Shown: positions 39,039 to 51,885, numbered from the stretch's first letter. The stretch: 63,169 nt of DNA from Folioceros fuciformis (GCA_049999805.1 JBNGIO010006317.1:598493-661661), one strand, 5' to 3'. Notes: generated by a model not told the origin, from the letters alone. Translations and numbers: made by a program.

Positions 39039-40658
39039 CTACCCCAGCCTGGTGCTCACATTCAAATGGCACTGCTGGGCGATGTTCACAGACGGCGTGA
39101 CAAGGGTTCCATCCAGGATCGCATTTGCAAACAGCCTGTACGAGGCTTCCGTGTTGTGGATCCCATCCCACCAGACGTACTCCGAGGGATTACTGCAGAG
39201 GACCGTGTTGCCTGCTCCACAGAACCCCGTGATATTGAAGTTGTAGCCCAAGGCGTCTGGAGATCCACAGCACACTAGGAATGCCTCCGTAAATCCTGAT
39301 CACCAAAGCATGCGCCCATGTTATAAGATGATGGGTCGTGAAACAGGTGATGAGGCGGGGATCCGGAGCAGCCCTACGAGGACCTTACCGTACTCCTGCG
39401 GGTTTTGCTGCACATTGTAGATGGATGTGTAGGAGTCCGCCTCCAAGATTAGTATCTTGTTATAGGCGACTCGGAGTTGTTGGAGCGCCGCCGCGAGGAG
39501 GATGTTTATTTGGGTGACAAGGGAGTTCACTCCTTCCAAGCAGCCAGTATCCGCGCTGTATCCAGTTTCAGGTCTACTCCGGAGCGAGGAGTTGCTGAGC
39601 GCGACTGGAGTGCAGCCAACGGGAGGGACGCTCCACACTATGAACTGGCTGGCGCCAACGCCCTCGTGGAGCCTCTGCAACGATCACAGATTAGTCCCCT
39701 CACCCTTGAGAGCTTCGGATCGATTGATCGAGACGATGTACGTGCGGCGCCCCGGTTCCGAATGTGTGAGTGATTACCCCGATCGCTTTAGAGACGTTGC
39801 CGACGATCTGAGGAGCGATGACATCGGTGAATGTCTGAAATGGTGTGTTCAGAAACAGCTGGTAGAACACGTCGTTTCCTCCGGCTTCTATGTGATAGAG
39901 CCCTTTCTTGTTGAAAGAAGACGGCGCAGGGACTGTGGCAGGCGTTCCATCGTCCAGACCAAATGTTGAGACAAAACTCAAAAGGAATCCGTCGTGCCCA
40001 ACAAAAGAAGATAGTCTGCGCCACCCACCTGGGAATGGTATGCTCCCGTTCTGAGCTCTAGCTGCGAAGTCAAACATCTGATCCACCTGTTCTGGCAGAT
40101 TCCACGGGACGAAGGTCGGGACCGGCTCGGTCTCGTTTCTGGCTGTAGCACCGGCGACAGCGAAGTCCACCCCGTGAGTGAAGTCGGCTCCGACTGCGCT
40201 GGGGTTGAGGCTGTCGAAGTAGACTGATAGCACTTGGTTGAAAAAAGCCAGAGCTGAGGTCGCAGATTTAAAACACCGCGATCACACGAAATGAGACAAC
40301 GCACCATTCAGCTTCCATGCATGAGACAACAGTACATTCTGCAAATGTTTCTCTTTATGTTACCGATCCAGTCGATCACGAGCCTTCCATCGCTGTATCT
40401 GCCTGTAGGGTAACCAGGATATGTTTCTCCGTAGGGGGGAAAGTTGGAAGGGGTTGTGGGCAGCACTGTACCGAGCTCGCCTGTATCCGACAGCGAGTTC
40501 CCAAACGCGAATATGGCTTCGGGGCAGATGAAGGAGAGGCTTTTCCGGACTTCTGCTGGGGTGTGCAGCGTTTGGACATCCTGGAAGCTGCCCGGCTGCA
40601 CATGTACAGACAGAAGCAACAGGCCCAGGCAAAGCAGCAAGGTGGCAGGTGACTCCAT
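39039..40658 (-). CDS. Secreted GDSL-family esterase (copy 2; block I reads GNSL)
   Basis: Signal peptide MESPATLLLCLGLLLLSV, IFAFGNSLSDTG, PTGRYSDGRLVIDWI, GVDFAVAGA, AGGND, PSEYVWWDGIHNTEASY. Confidence 0.9.
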
Positions 40659-41589
40659 CCTTAGAGAAATCGACGCAGGCGGTGTGGCTGATTGAGATGC
40701 CTTGTATGTAGGCACCTGATGCGCTGCTTCGAAGTCTGCACCAGTTGATACCCCAGCGTGGTAGGCTTGACAGTTCACCCCACATCGATCACGCGATGTA
40801 GCATGCAGTGCCGTCCGCACTACTCAGATGCTGTCTGTATTGGGACTCTTCCATGCCATGATCGCACTGTGCCGTTAAAGCTGCGGAGATATTCACTAAC
40901 CACGTGAAGAAATTAGGATGAGTGTGGCATCAAACTTCTGCGTGCCATGCGAAGTCGACTGCCGTACACAAAGGTGGTTCACCAAGCCAGTCGACACTAT
41001 ACGTGCGCTAGGCAGAATTCGCACCTTGGTGTGGAGCTGGGATGACAAGTGTCCTAACCAGCGACACCAGACCACAAACAGGCAACAAGCCGAGTCGAGT
41101 CGAGTGGAGATCGGTAAAGCTGGTTCTGGCAGGTGAGCAGGGTCGGAAATGGTCTTCGGGTGAAGCAACACAAAGAGTCGAGCACTTCCACGTCCCAGAA
41201 AGCTAAATGTAGGTTGAGGCGGAATTTCCAACCATGGTCGTCGCCAGGAGTCTTTTCCAGCAATGGTCGGCCAGGAGCTGGAGTACTTGTGGCAACAACG
41301 TTATTTGTTCCTGACCATGTAGTGGGACAACAGACGAAGTAAGAGTTGCCGATCACCTGACTTCCTGCGTAAGGGCTACGGCGAGGTGCTGTGGTCAAAC
41401 AAGTTAAGGCCAGCTTGGCTTGATGAGCAGACCAGTTTGCTTGGCTATCCAGATGGGTCGTGTTGCCTCTTTTTCCAAGTCCACCTCTTCGAATAGGCCC
41501 GAACCTGGCAGGCGTGCAGGAGTCGGAAAAGGGCTTCGTTACGGCTGTAACCGTAAGCACGTTATGTGATCAGGGAAGCTTCGTGAGGC

Positions 41590-41820
41590 GGTGACGTTGA
41601 ATGCACTGAATTCTAGATATGCTGATGAGCAAGGTCTGGGACACGAGGCACTTGCTCTGTATGGACAGATGGAATAGGAGATCCAGATGATTTTGGCTCA
41701 CCATGTTACATTTTCCTGCCTTTTAAGGGCCTGCTCCTACACTGCTGCTTTACAGAAAGGCAGGCAGCTGCACACATTGATTGTGGAAAGAGGCCTAGGA
41801 CTGCTGGATGATGTAATACA
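41590..41820 (+). pseudogene. Isolated PLS-PPR fragment (one P and one L motif)
   Basis: Translates VTLNALNSRYADEQGLGHEALALYGQME*EIQMILAHHVTFSCLLRACSYTAALQKGRQLHTLIVERGL, similar to the motifs at 23950-24750. Confidence 0.75.
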
Positions 41821-42056
41821 GTTACGTAACTCATAGCTGAGCAGAGAGGCTAACAGGATGACCTCCTCTCGTCACAACATAGAGAATCAAAATCTAGTGA
41901 GTCTCTTGAGAACGAGAGTATTTTAGAGTACTGAACAGATCAGTTGATGTCCACAACTTTGAGCACACCAGTTTCTTTCAAAGGATGTTGAAAGTTACAA
42001 TTTGTGAACCAGAGCCATTTTGATTCTTGCTTGACATGCAGCAGAATACATCTGGA

Positions 42057-43711
42057 CTAACAGACGGAGGCTATCGGGATTGGCGGATCCAAGATCTGTC
42101 CTGTGAGGACAGCTTCTGCGACAAGCTTGTAGAAGGCCTCTGTGTAGTGAATTCCATCCCAGCTGATATACTCTGCAGGGTTTTCGCACACAGAAAAATT
42201 TGCCCCTGGCATTCCGCATGGAACGTTTGGATCATAGTTGTAGCCGTAAACGCCTGTGGATGAGCCGCAGCACGCCTTCAGTGGCTCTTTAAATCCTGCA
42301 AAGAAAGCCAGGAAGCGTTAGAGATATGTGGTTGGCATCGAGGCTATATACATCCTTTCTGACATTCACGTTCTGGACTTCGAGAGTTTCCAGCCTATTC
42401 TGCCGCATGCCCTACCGTAGTCTCCATAGTGCGTTGTGATGTTGAGCGCGATGTCGTAGAAGTCGACAAAGATGACAAGAGCATCTGGAAGGTTGTGTCT
42501 CAGACCGTGAACGCCTGCTGCAAGTTGCAAGTTTACTTCCTGGGCAAGGGCATTGATGCCTGCCAGGCATCCGTGGTCATCGATCGGACCGGCTTCACGC
42601 ACAGTTTGCAGCAAGGCCAGTAGAGCAGGGGAGCATCCCATAGGCGCAAGGCCCCAGACCATAAACTGTCTGGCTCCAATCTCTTCGTACAGTCGCTGCC
42701 ACGGAAAATCAAAGACAAAGGTTTATTACACCAGTCACTCGGTTCCAGTGGCATTCTGAGATCTTTCATCATGTCTGGCGATCCATCAGGAATCCCTTGC
42801 CATTCATGTCCGCCAGTCCTGCCCATGGTAAAGACGCACGTACAGTGATGGCTGAGGAAATGTTGGAAACAACTTCTGGTCCAATCACGTCTTTAAAAGC
42901 ACCAATTGGAAGCTTCACAGGGACGGGCGTGGCGCCTCCCGGCACGAGGGCCACTCGTATGTCATTTCCCCCCGATTTGAAGCTGTAGAGCCCGCGGTTA
43001 GCGAAGGAAAAAGGCCTGGACACTGCACACACCACGCAAACTACAGACACGTAACTCAAATGGAGAATCAGCTGTGCAAGGCACGGGAGATGAAATCTCC
43101 AAAACTGATCAATTCCTCCAGTGCGTAACCTGAGGCTGGAGGCCGATCGATGCTTGCAAGAAACGTGCGGTGGAAATAGACCGCCTGGTCCACCTGAAGA
43201 GCAAGAAAGAAAGGCACAGGAGCCGGAGTGTTCCGAGCAGTGGATCCCGCAGCAGCGAAGTTCACACCCTGGTTGAAATTGGCTCCAATGTTCTTGAAAT
43301 AGGGATCGAGTAAAGGAAGACCGAGCCCCTCGGCTGCACAGTGCGTGCAATCAGATCATCGGCAACCATCAAATGCGGCCACGACGGCACAGATCCACAC
43401 ACCCGCTTCACTCTCTCACCGATGAAGTCAATCATGAGCTTGCCGTCGCTGTAACGGCCAGTCGGGTAGCCAGGAAACGTGCGGCCGTAAGGCGAGTTTC
43501 CTGACAGCACCAACGCCGGCGACGGGAACGCTCGCAGCAGCTGCCCGGTGTCCGTCAGAGAGTCTCCGAGGCCGAAAAGCGCCGCCGGGCATTCGAAATC
43601 ACAGCCTCGCGGACTCCCGTTCACCGGGGCATGGATCAACACAAAAACAGAAATGCAGCGGAGGAGGAAGAGCAATTCCAGCACTCGCATTGCTGGAGCT
43701 CCCACTGCCAT
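42057..43711 (-). CDS. Secreted GDSL esterase/lipase (copy 3; close paralogue of copy 1)
   Basis: LFGLGDSLTDTG, PTGRYSDGKLMIDFI, GVNFAAAGS, SGGND, PAEYISWDGIHYTEAFY, ends GQILDPPIPIASVC-TAG (42057). Confidence 0.9.
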
Positions 43712-44689
43712 CTCCAAGACTCAACCCGCCGCCTGGCGTGGACTCTGGATGGATGGACAGATCTTGGGACGCCGGGACCATGCGCTTCCGTCTCCACACA
43801 TCGTTACTCGGGTCTTTGAGTCCAACGACTGACTTGCTGCAGTTCCGCTTTTCCCCCATGGATCCTCGATTACTGCCTTGCAATACCTGTTGTTGGTTGA
43901 GCCGTAATTACGATAGAGCCTGAAGGGAGCGCGACCGGTTGATGCAGTGACCAGCTCCCACGGCTGCGCATTCCTACTCGTGTTTTTAGTCGCTGCACCG
44001 TCTCCCACCTCTCTCGAATCGCGTGCGAGAGCGGACTTTTTGTGAAGAAGCCGGTGCAGTAGCCTCACGTCAAAGGGATGGCTGTGTCGGACCGTGTTTG
44101 TTTTGTTTACTTTGTGAACGCGCTTCACTTTTTGTTTGTTCGGAGGAAGGGAATGCACTAGCACTACTAGAAAAAGGGGCACATTTACTAAGGGGGTTTG
44201 TAGGCATGCAACGTTCTGCAAACTTGGAATTCTTCCTTATACCTTTATTATATAGATTTTATTCTAAGTTTTGTAGTCAAGTATAGTCAAGAATGTTCTT
44301 TTGTAGGTGGCATATGATTTATTATCGTATTACTACTTTTTTAAATAAATGTGTCATAATCCTATGGAATACCTATGTCGTCACCGTGTTGCTGCATCGA
44401 TCGCATGCAACCCATTACTTGAATCACAGCTTTTGCTTTTGGGACACGCAATTAGTGCATGAGTGGATGGAACCGGTTAACACGCTTGAATCTCTCTTGA
44501 AATCAGACATTGAGCCGACTCGGCCTTGAGCTCGGTGGCTCCGCTTGGGCTTGAGCACTACTGCGTCAGAATTTGCCGTCTGCGGGCTTCATTGACTATG
44601 TTGGAGGCATATCGAAACATACAATGGTGGATAAATTTGTGAGGAAAAAGAATCGAGAGAGTATTCCTCCAATAAACACATTTTACCAA

Positions 44690-44762
44690 TGGAGATGCGG
44701 GGTATCGATCCCCGTACCTCTCGCATGCTAAGCGAGCGCTCTACCATCTGAGCTACATCCCC
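44690..44762 (-). tRNA. tRNA-Ala(AGC): tRNA-Ala (anticodon AGC), nuclear
   Basis: Reverse complement GGGGATGTAGCTCAGATGGTAGAGCGCTCGCTTAGCATGCGAGAGGTACGGGGATCGATACCCCGCATCTCCA forms a cloverleaf with G3:U70; T5 tract downstream at about 44645-44649. Confidence 0.98.
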
Positions 44763-45363
44763 TGATATGCAATTGCATCATACGTTGTTTATTTAAAAAA
44801 ACAGTTCTTGGACTTTTATTACCAAGTTATTCTAAGGAAGATGAAACAAGAGCTCCTAACCACCATAGAAAGCCAAATATCCCTTCCCTTGTCAGCATGT
44901 AAGTAATTGGGCTGAAACACCAACTATTTCATAGTTGTCAATGAAAACCTTAATATGTAGTGATAGTTTTCTTCTAAACCGTTTTAGGTATAAACCAAGA
45001 AATAACATTACTTTATGACGCCTCCCGAAAACTCGACTTCCCTAAAAAATATTCTCTTTTGTTTTTGAGTAAATAGAACCCGGTACGTCTGGATTCCGGA
45101 ATGGTCGAATATATGAAGCTTAAAAATCATCCCTCCCTGTGTCCCCGAGGCTCGTGTGATTCTGTTCCGGTGACTCTTTTCTGTCCTTCCCACTTGGTCC
45201 AAAAAAACAATAACAAAACAAAAAAATATCACAAGTTGCATCGTCGTGTGTAATGTGAGGAGAAGTCTCCAAACAATTTGCAAACACGGCACACGAGTCA
45301 CTCGGGAAGGCCCAGCCCAAGCACAAGCCCTGGCCCCAGAGAGTAGTGAGGGACCGATGCATT

Positions 45364-46830
45364 TCACAGATGCACATTGAGTGACTTGGGTTCGAACAGC
45401 CAGGACTGTTTCCCAAGGCCGATGGAGGCACGAGGAAACAGAATCCTCCACGTCCTGGAAGGAATGTGGAATGCAACCACATGGTGCAAACTGAACGCCA
45501 ACATGTGAAGGTTTTCCGAATGGAGGTTGAAGCAGATGCAATCGCCTACCAGGGTGATGGCGCCGCAACAGAAAGGCGTCCAGTCGGTAGATTTGAAGCT
45601 AGGGTTCTTCTTGGCTAGGTCCATCACCTCGCTGTTGAGCGAGTCCGGAAGCAGCACTGAATCGGCCCAGGCCTTCCTGTTCTGGTCCAGCTTACTGATG
45701 CCTTCGAAATGGTGCAGCCCAGAGCGGAAAACGAAGGCCCCGTACACACAGCCTTCGTGCTCCATGAAGATCACCCGCACATACCGCACCGGCAACTCGT
45801 AGCAGGCGCACTCCATGTGAGGGATGGGAGGGAAGCCGACGGACACCGTTTTCACCAGCATGCCGTCGTCCCGGTTGTGGATGAGCAAGTCCCCCAGCAG
45901 CCTGTCGTGGCTGTACACCAAGTTGTCGATGAAGAATCTGGGCCAGTACTGGAAATACCTATGGCCTTGGAAGGGTTGCCCTGCCACAATTCTCCACCCG
46001 TGAGACGCGGACGAGTAGACGCAGATGAACCAAGAATCGCTGCTTGTGCCCTTGACCACCACCACGTTGAAGCCGCCAGAGGAATCCCTGTCCACGGTCA
46101 CCTCCTCCGCCCATATCCTCTCCCGGAAGCTGAGAGACAGGGGGGGCAGCTCCCGCCAAGACCTCGTCAAAGGGTTGATGACGCACCTCACGCCTGGCAT
46201 GCCCTCCGACAGGCAGAGCAGCAGCCCGTTCCCCTGCGACTTCACCCGCTTGCTCAGAAGCTTCGAGGGCACGAAGGACAGGTCCACCGGGAACACCCTC
46301 CGCCGCTCCGACGCACCGCTGCTCAGCACATCCGACAGCAACCTCGCCTCCTCCATCTCCTCCTCGCATCGTTCCACAGGCTTGGACACAGGCGGGGAGC
46401 GCTCGCCGCTTAAGATGGTGAGCCTTCTCCTGGCCGCCCCCAACACCCGCGTCAGATACTGGGACCGCAGATAGGAGTCGTACTCATAGGCGCAGATGAG
46501 ATCCGGCACAAAATTCGATCTCCCCAGAGCAGCACTCTCCTGCCGGAAGCCAGGGCATGACATGAGGAAGCGCCAGCCGCTGCAAACCGCCTGGAATCGA
46601 TGGCGGCTGGCGGAGGGCAGCCGGATCAGCACCCGCTCCACCACGTCCTGTGGCAGGCGGCTCCACACTGTGGCATCCATCTCCCTCTCTCCTTCCCCCG
46701 CAGCCCGGAGCCCACCATTGAAGTTCCCCTGCAGCACATGCAGGTGCAGCTCCGGCACCTGCTCCGCCTTCTGCATCGCCCCCTCCTCTCTGCCCGACTC
46801 CCGGATCAAGTCCCAGAGCACAGTAAACAT
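45364..46830 (-). CDS. F-box protein with degenerate kelch/F-box-associated C-terminal region, intronless
   Basis: 488-aa ORF containing MDATVWSRLPQDVVERVLIRLP..RFQAVCSGW (F-box), GNGLLLC..VINPLTRSWRELPP, VYSSASHGW and terminal WLFEP. Confidence 0.88.
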   Translation of the reverse strand: MFTVLWDLIRESGREEGAMQKAEQVPELHLHVLQGNFNGGLRAAGEGEREMDATVWSRLPQDVVERVLIRLPSASRHRFQAVCSGWRFLMSCPGFRQESAALGRSNFVPDLICAYEYDSYLRSQYLTRVLGAARRRLTILSGERSPPVSKPVERCEEEMEEARLLSDVLSSGASERRRVFPVDLSFVPSKLLSKRVKSQGNGLLLCLSEGMPGVRCVINPLTRSWRELPPLSLSFRERIWAEEVTVDRDSSGGFNVVVVKGTSSDSWFICVYSSASHGWRIVAGQPFQGHRYFQYWPRFFIDNLVYSHDRLLGDLLIHNRDDGMLVKTVSVGFPPIPHMECACYELPVRYVRVIFMEHEGCVYGAFVFRSGLHHFEGISKLDQNRKAWADSVLLPDSLNSEVMDLAKKNPSFKSTDWTPFCCGAITLVGDCICFNLHSENLHMLAFSLHHVVAFHIPSRTWRILFPRASIGLGKQSWLFEPKSLNVHL

Positions 46831-47648
46831 ACTCTCGACCCTGGGGCTGTAGCTTCACCCCTCCCAAATGTGCCAGCCAGCCGTCCCTGCAAGGGCCCAG
46901 CATCAAAGTCCTCTACAAACTGTCGTGGGTTTCAATGTTCAGTTTGTCATGTTGCTCATCACCATGCTTGTCACCATGCTCGTCATCCCAGGATGTAGGC
47001 TGTCTATTTTTAGAGACCCGGCTTGGGATTGGAAGATATTTCTCTCCAGGCGCGCGCTCATCGGCCCTTCCCTCCTATCATGATACTGCTGGACGAGCAT
47101 ACAACAGAGGTTAGTTCACGATCGTTTTCTTGGAATACGAAAGAAATTCCAGTAACACCACCAGCTCTTTGACCGCCCAAGCTACCAAGAATCTTAAGCA
47201 TCAGCAAAGGGAGGAACACAACTGTGATGAGAGCCGGTGAAAAGAGGTTCGATCAACCCACTACCTGCAACAAACTGCCAGTGAGGCACACTTTCCCCAC
47301 ATCACACAGTGCCCATGCGTCCAGTTTTTCCTTTTGCAGACTGCGGTTTAAATGCGATGGCACAAGTGGCCGGCCAGAAAGTGACAAAGGAGCGACCCCA
47401 GTCTGAACCACCTTATCTGGCACTTTTACACGGGAAGTAGGTGGAATCACTCAGATCAGGCTATGCAAACAACCGTGACGCACCACCTGCAGTGCACGCA
47501 TGCCCTCACATAATCAGCGTTCGCAAGAACGGAGGCGTTGTCATCCACCTACAAGACCCAGTTGAATGACTGATTACGCCTCCCTTCTCGCATTGGAAGG
47601 CTGTGTCTTACTTGGGAGACATGCAGGTGTCAAGAAGCATCCATCCCT

Positions 47649-50306
47649 TTAACTGGACACCCACGCCGACTCAGCGATAGCAAACCTCTGCGGAAGCTGG
47701 AAGGATAGACACAACATCCACTTGCCCGGGGCAACCAACCGCACACGGTGCGTCTTGGATTGTCCGGGAGATTCTCCTAGAATGCTGGCCACACGCTGCA
47801 CCATGAGAGTAAGAAGGAAACGTTAGACTCACTGACGGTCTGCGGCCCACGCACAGGAGATAGGTTCAGCACATGCACCTGCATGAATTCTACTTCTGGA
47901 ATTGCAGCCTTGGAAAAACCATAGACATGAATGACTGGGAGTGGATGTCTGCCTCCTTTTATGACACCCTGGAATGCATCTGAGGCACGGGCATCACCAT
48001 CGTGAGCGCTGAGATCACATCAAACCTGACTCTTCTCGACAGCACGCTTTTTCAACATGAAATGGTCAGGCAGGCGAGCGGCTTTGCACGTAGGAGCCCA
48101 GGGCAGAGCTGGAAGGAAAGGGAAGAAGATAGACCAAGAAACTCTGCAGCATCTGCTGGGAGGTTCATAACGACTTGAGTACAATAGTCTGGTCCATCCC
48201 CTTCGTACACCTTTCGTATGAATTCTCGTCCATCCAAATTGAACATCTGCGAAAGTAGATTGCAGATCAAGAAAAAACACATTTCCACAAGTCTCTCAGG
48301 CGTAGTCTTTCAGCTCGTAGAGGTTCAACATCAGCTGGAGGCATGCGCACGTGGAAGAGCCTAGAGGGACGAGATGTACCTCAACTTTTTCTGCTACCTT
48401 GTTGCAAGCGATGTTTTTAGCCAAATAGGTCACGGCCACTGCATTCAGATCATTGGCAAGAACTTTGCGAACTTTCTTGGCAGCGGCTATTGTAATCGGT
48501 CCCACTCCGGCGAACACATCACCTGCAACGTGCAATGCACCAGCAAACCACGTAAGCAGCAGCCAGGAAAGAGCTCTCAGACTCAGCAAAACCAAACCAC
48601 CACCGTCCCGATCAAAGAATGTGCTGTCATGACCTACACACAACATCTGTGCTCTCGAACTGTTGCACAAGACGCTGTCGCTCTGAAGCCAGGCGAGTGT
48701 TCCAGTAACTGAACACCAAACAGGCGCATGGTATTAATACTCCAGCCCTCTCCCCCTGCAGCAGTAACTACAAAATAGTGTTATGAAAAGGAGCAGACGG
48801 TCACAAGATTAGGTACTGCAAAGCTTGAAAGGACCGTTATGTACTTACACAAGAGACAAATCTAAGTGAAAAAGCAACCCATGTTCAACAATGGTTGTAA
48901 CGAGCGCAGAATCCCCAGCAAGTACTTCAAGCTGCATTGTGCGATAAGTATTCTGGATAGCATTCAGCTTGTTCACGACTGACCTGATTTTTGGCCAGTT
49001 CTTATCCAAAACCACCTGCAGACACGCACACCATCACAAAGAACACTGCAATCAGAAGAAGCCTATCGTGACAGCAAACCAGCCACAAGTTTTCTCACAT
49101 CATTTGTGGAGGCAATGGCTACTAGGGATAGAAGCAAAGCATGAATGAAACCTGTGCAATAACATGCCGGTAGGGTAGATGCTCACTGCCGAGATTGAGG
49201 TGGGCAATGTGACCCACAGTCTCAAATGCTGAGGGCACTGGCATGCCGGTTGGCAGCAATTGATACAGAACCTTCATGAGTTCCAGAATTCCACCACGAC
49301 AATGTATCAGCAAACGACCACCAGGAGAACGGATTTCAAAGCCTGGTATAAGCATCGAAACACGGCGTCCCTGGCAAAGGACAGCACTGAATGACTGAGG
49401 GAACCAATACCTCATTTACTGCCCAGTAGTCGTAAGAAATAATAAGCTCACATTGCACCAGCGAACCAGCTTCCTGTCTTCCATCACCCTGAATCAGATC
49501 CTACATTGCAGCAGAGAGGTCCCCCTCAGATTTCACGTCTACCGGTACCCTGAAAGTATTTGAGAGCAGCAGACGTTTCTACCACCACCGCTGACCTGGA
49601 CAGCAGCAGGGAGCTCAGACGCAGGTCTGTCTGAGTACTTCTCATGAAGTAACAATAGCCTCGTTTCCCTTGCCACCACTCCGCACTGACCCAACGCATT
49701 CTCGGTCACCACACGAGGTTCAGGATGGTTGACGTCTACTACTCTGACAGAAAACGCCTTGCCCTCCTCACTTTCCTCTCTGCTACGGACCGGACATCCT
49801 TCCGTTGAAGGCAAGAAACCCTGCCGAACTTCCCCAGGGACTCTCAGCACGTTCTTAATCCGCGACCAGTTCAGAAGGTGACCTTTGAGCCGTTTCACCA
49901 GAATCCCACACTCATCAGCCGGCACCCGCACTGCGGCAACATTGTACACCCTGCTAAACATGCGTCTGTCAAGGTCACACCATCCGCCATGTCCACAACC
50001 GTCCACACGCGCTGAAGAAGGATGGAGCAACCGACCCCTTGCAAGCGAGGGACCCGACGGCTCACAAACAGCAGGAACAGAGCACCTTGTCCCAACACCT
50101 TCCCTCACCGTAGACAACAAGGGCCCCTGTTGAGTACCACCTGTCAGTCCAAGGACGCGGAACGAGCAGGGCAGAAAGTACGCCTGAAGCTGACGCCTGC
50201 TGCTGCCAAACCGCAGCAAGGCACACGAGTGGCACATCCTGTCTCTGAAAACGAAACCCACTGGAGGAGACCTCCAACGCACCGCGGTGTGCACGTGGTG
50301 ATGCAT
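47649..50306 (-). CDS. TRM5: tRNA (guanine37-N1)-methyltransferase, TRM5/Met-10+ family, probably organelle-targeted
   Basis: [107 protein letters not shown] at 47649. The start codon is uncertain. Confidence 0.88.
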
Positions 50307-51030
50307 AACGCCTACCAAATCTGCGGCTGCCAGCTTCCTCAAATCCACAACAAACTTTCCTTTTCTCCTGCACCCGGTTCCCCCCACGCATGCCTCGACA
50401 TCAGCAGCCTGTCCAGACGCCCGACGGGTTAAACCTCTCTAGCTGCAGCTCCACCCACTACCAACCAGGCCGTAAAACAACTTCCAGCGTCCAAGCACAT
50501 ACCTTCAGAGCTCCTCTCGGGGTCCCGAGAGTACAAAAGACGTGCACAATGAATGCCTGGCATGTGCACCACCATTCACGCCACAACCTCCTCGCACCCA
50601 GCACCAACATCAAGAGCAGGTATGCATGTACACAAAACTTGAGAACACCATGATGGACCATACCATGCCAGGACGCGCGGAAGGTGGGTGGTGCCCACAA
50701 ACGCACCAACTGACAGCGACATGGATTTGAGTTCCGTCAGACTCCCAAACTCCCTCGCTTCCGACACACACCCAACCTGCCTCCAAAGTGGAACGGCACT
50801 GTCAAAACATGAACGCAAACCACCACTTTGTTGAATCCTCGTCTTTGATTATTCCTATGTCAGGAAAATTCAGGACCCGGAAAGTTCCCTCCAACTTCTG
50901 CAACAAGCTTCCATGAACTTCCAACGCTACTGGAAGCGACTGGAAGGCGAGAGCAGCAAGACCAGCTGGTCAACGACCATGACCATGACCTAATCTACCC
51001 GCCAGCTCCGATCAAGATGACACCTCTAGT

Positions 51031-51037
51031 TATAAAT
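51031..51037 (+). promoter_or_regulatory. Probable TATA box of dirigent gene
   Basis: TATAAAT 64 bp upstream of the ATG at 51095. Confidence 0.55.
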
Positions 51038-51094
51038 GCTGGAGCGTCGGAATCGGCATATGTCTTCTCACATTGTGAACAAGTATCGAGTTCA

Positions 51095-51661
51095 ATGGCG
51101 TCCTCAAGAACCAGCACTCAAATTGCAGTGGCTCTGCTTGCAGCCTCGTTCGTCCTGTTCACAATCAGTGGAGTCGAAGCCGACGCACCCCTACCAAGAG
51201 CATGCAAATGCAACCAGCAGTCCGAGAACATCACGTTCTACCTACACTTCCGGAACAACGTGGACACCTTCGTGTTTCTGCAGGGCAGCGCAGGAGGGCT
51301 CACTCTGTTCGACAGTCCCGTGACAACCGACCCGGAAGATCTGTCCACCGAGATCGCAAGAGCTAAAGGGTCGTACACGTTCTTGACTGAGGGAGCCTCA
51401 TCCGCCACTGACTCCAGCATTCAAGGACTAGAGTTCGTCTTCACCGTGGTGTTCAACGACACCAGCCCGTTTGGGCGCAGCAGCCTGAGCTACCGGGGCT
51501 ACGATCGTGACTCGTTTGCCGTGCGCGAGGGATTCGTCATCACAGGGGGCAACGGCATATTCAAGCTTGCCCAGGGCTGGACCATCCTCAGCACCTACTT
51601 CCAGGATGTGAGCTCCTCCATTCTGCGAGTCACATCCAACATCTACTATGGAGGATACTGA
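51095..51661 (+). CDS. Dirigent-family protein with signal peptide, intronless
   Basis: Signal peptide followed by ITFYLH, LFDSPVT, IARAKGSY, FTVVFN, SSLSYRGYD, VITGGNGIFKLAQG, which match dirigent motifs I-V. Confidence 0.85.
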   Translation: MASSRTSTQIAVALLAASFVLFTISGVEADAPLPRACKCNQQSENITFYLHFRNNVDTFVFLQGSAGGLTLFDSPVTTDPEDLSTEIARAKGSYTFLTEGASSATDSSIQGLEFVFTVVFNDTSPFGRSSLSYRGYDRDSFAVREGFVITGGNGIFKLAQGWTILSTYFQDVSSSILRVTSNIYYGGY

Positions 51662-51885
51662 CAGGCCCCGCGGTGGGCCCAGGACGCCAAAGCAGGACGT
51701 CCCACTTCCTGCTGCTTTCTCCATATAGCTTTCAAAGTTGCCGAGAACCTGTACGGTGCTAATCCTCGGCACATACGTTTTAGGTAGAGGCTTAAAGCTC
51801 TTTTTTTCTTTTTTCTTCTTTTCCTATACTTCACTAAAGTGTCAAAATAAACCCTTTGCTGTAATATATATATATATATATATTC

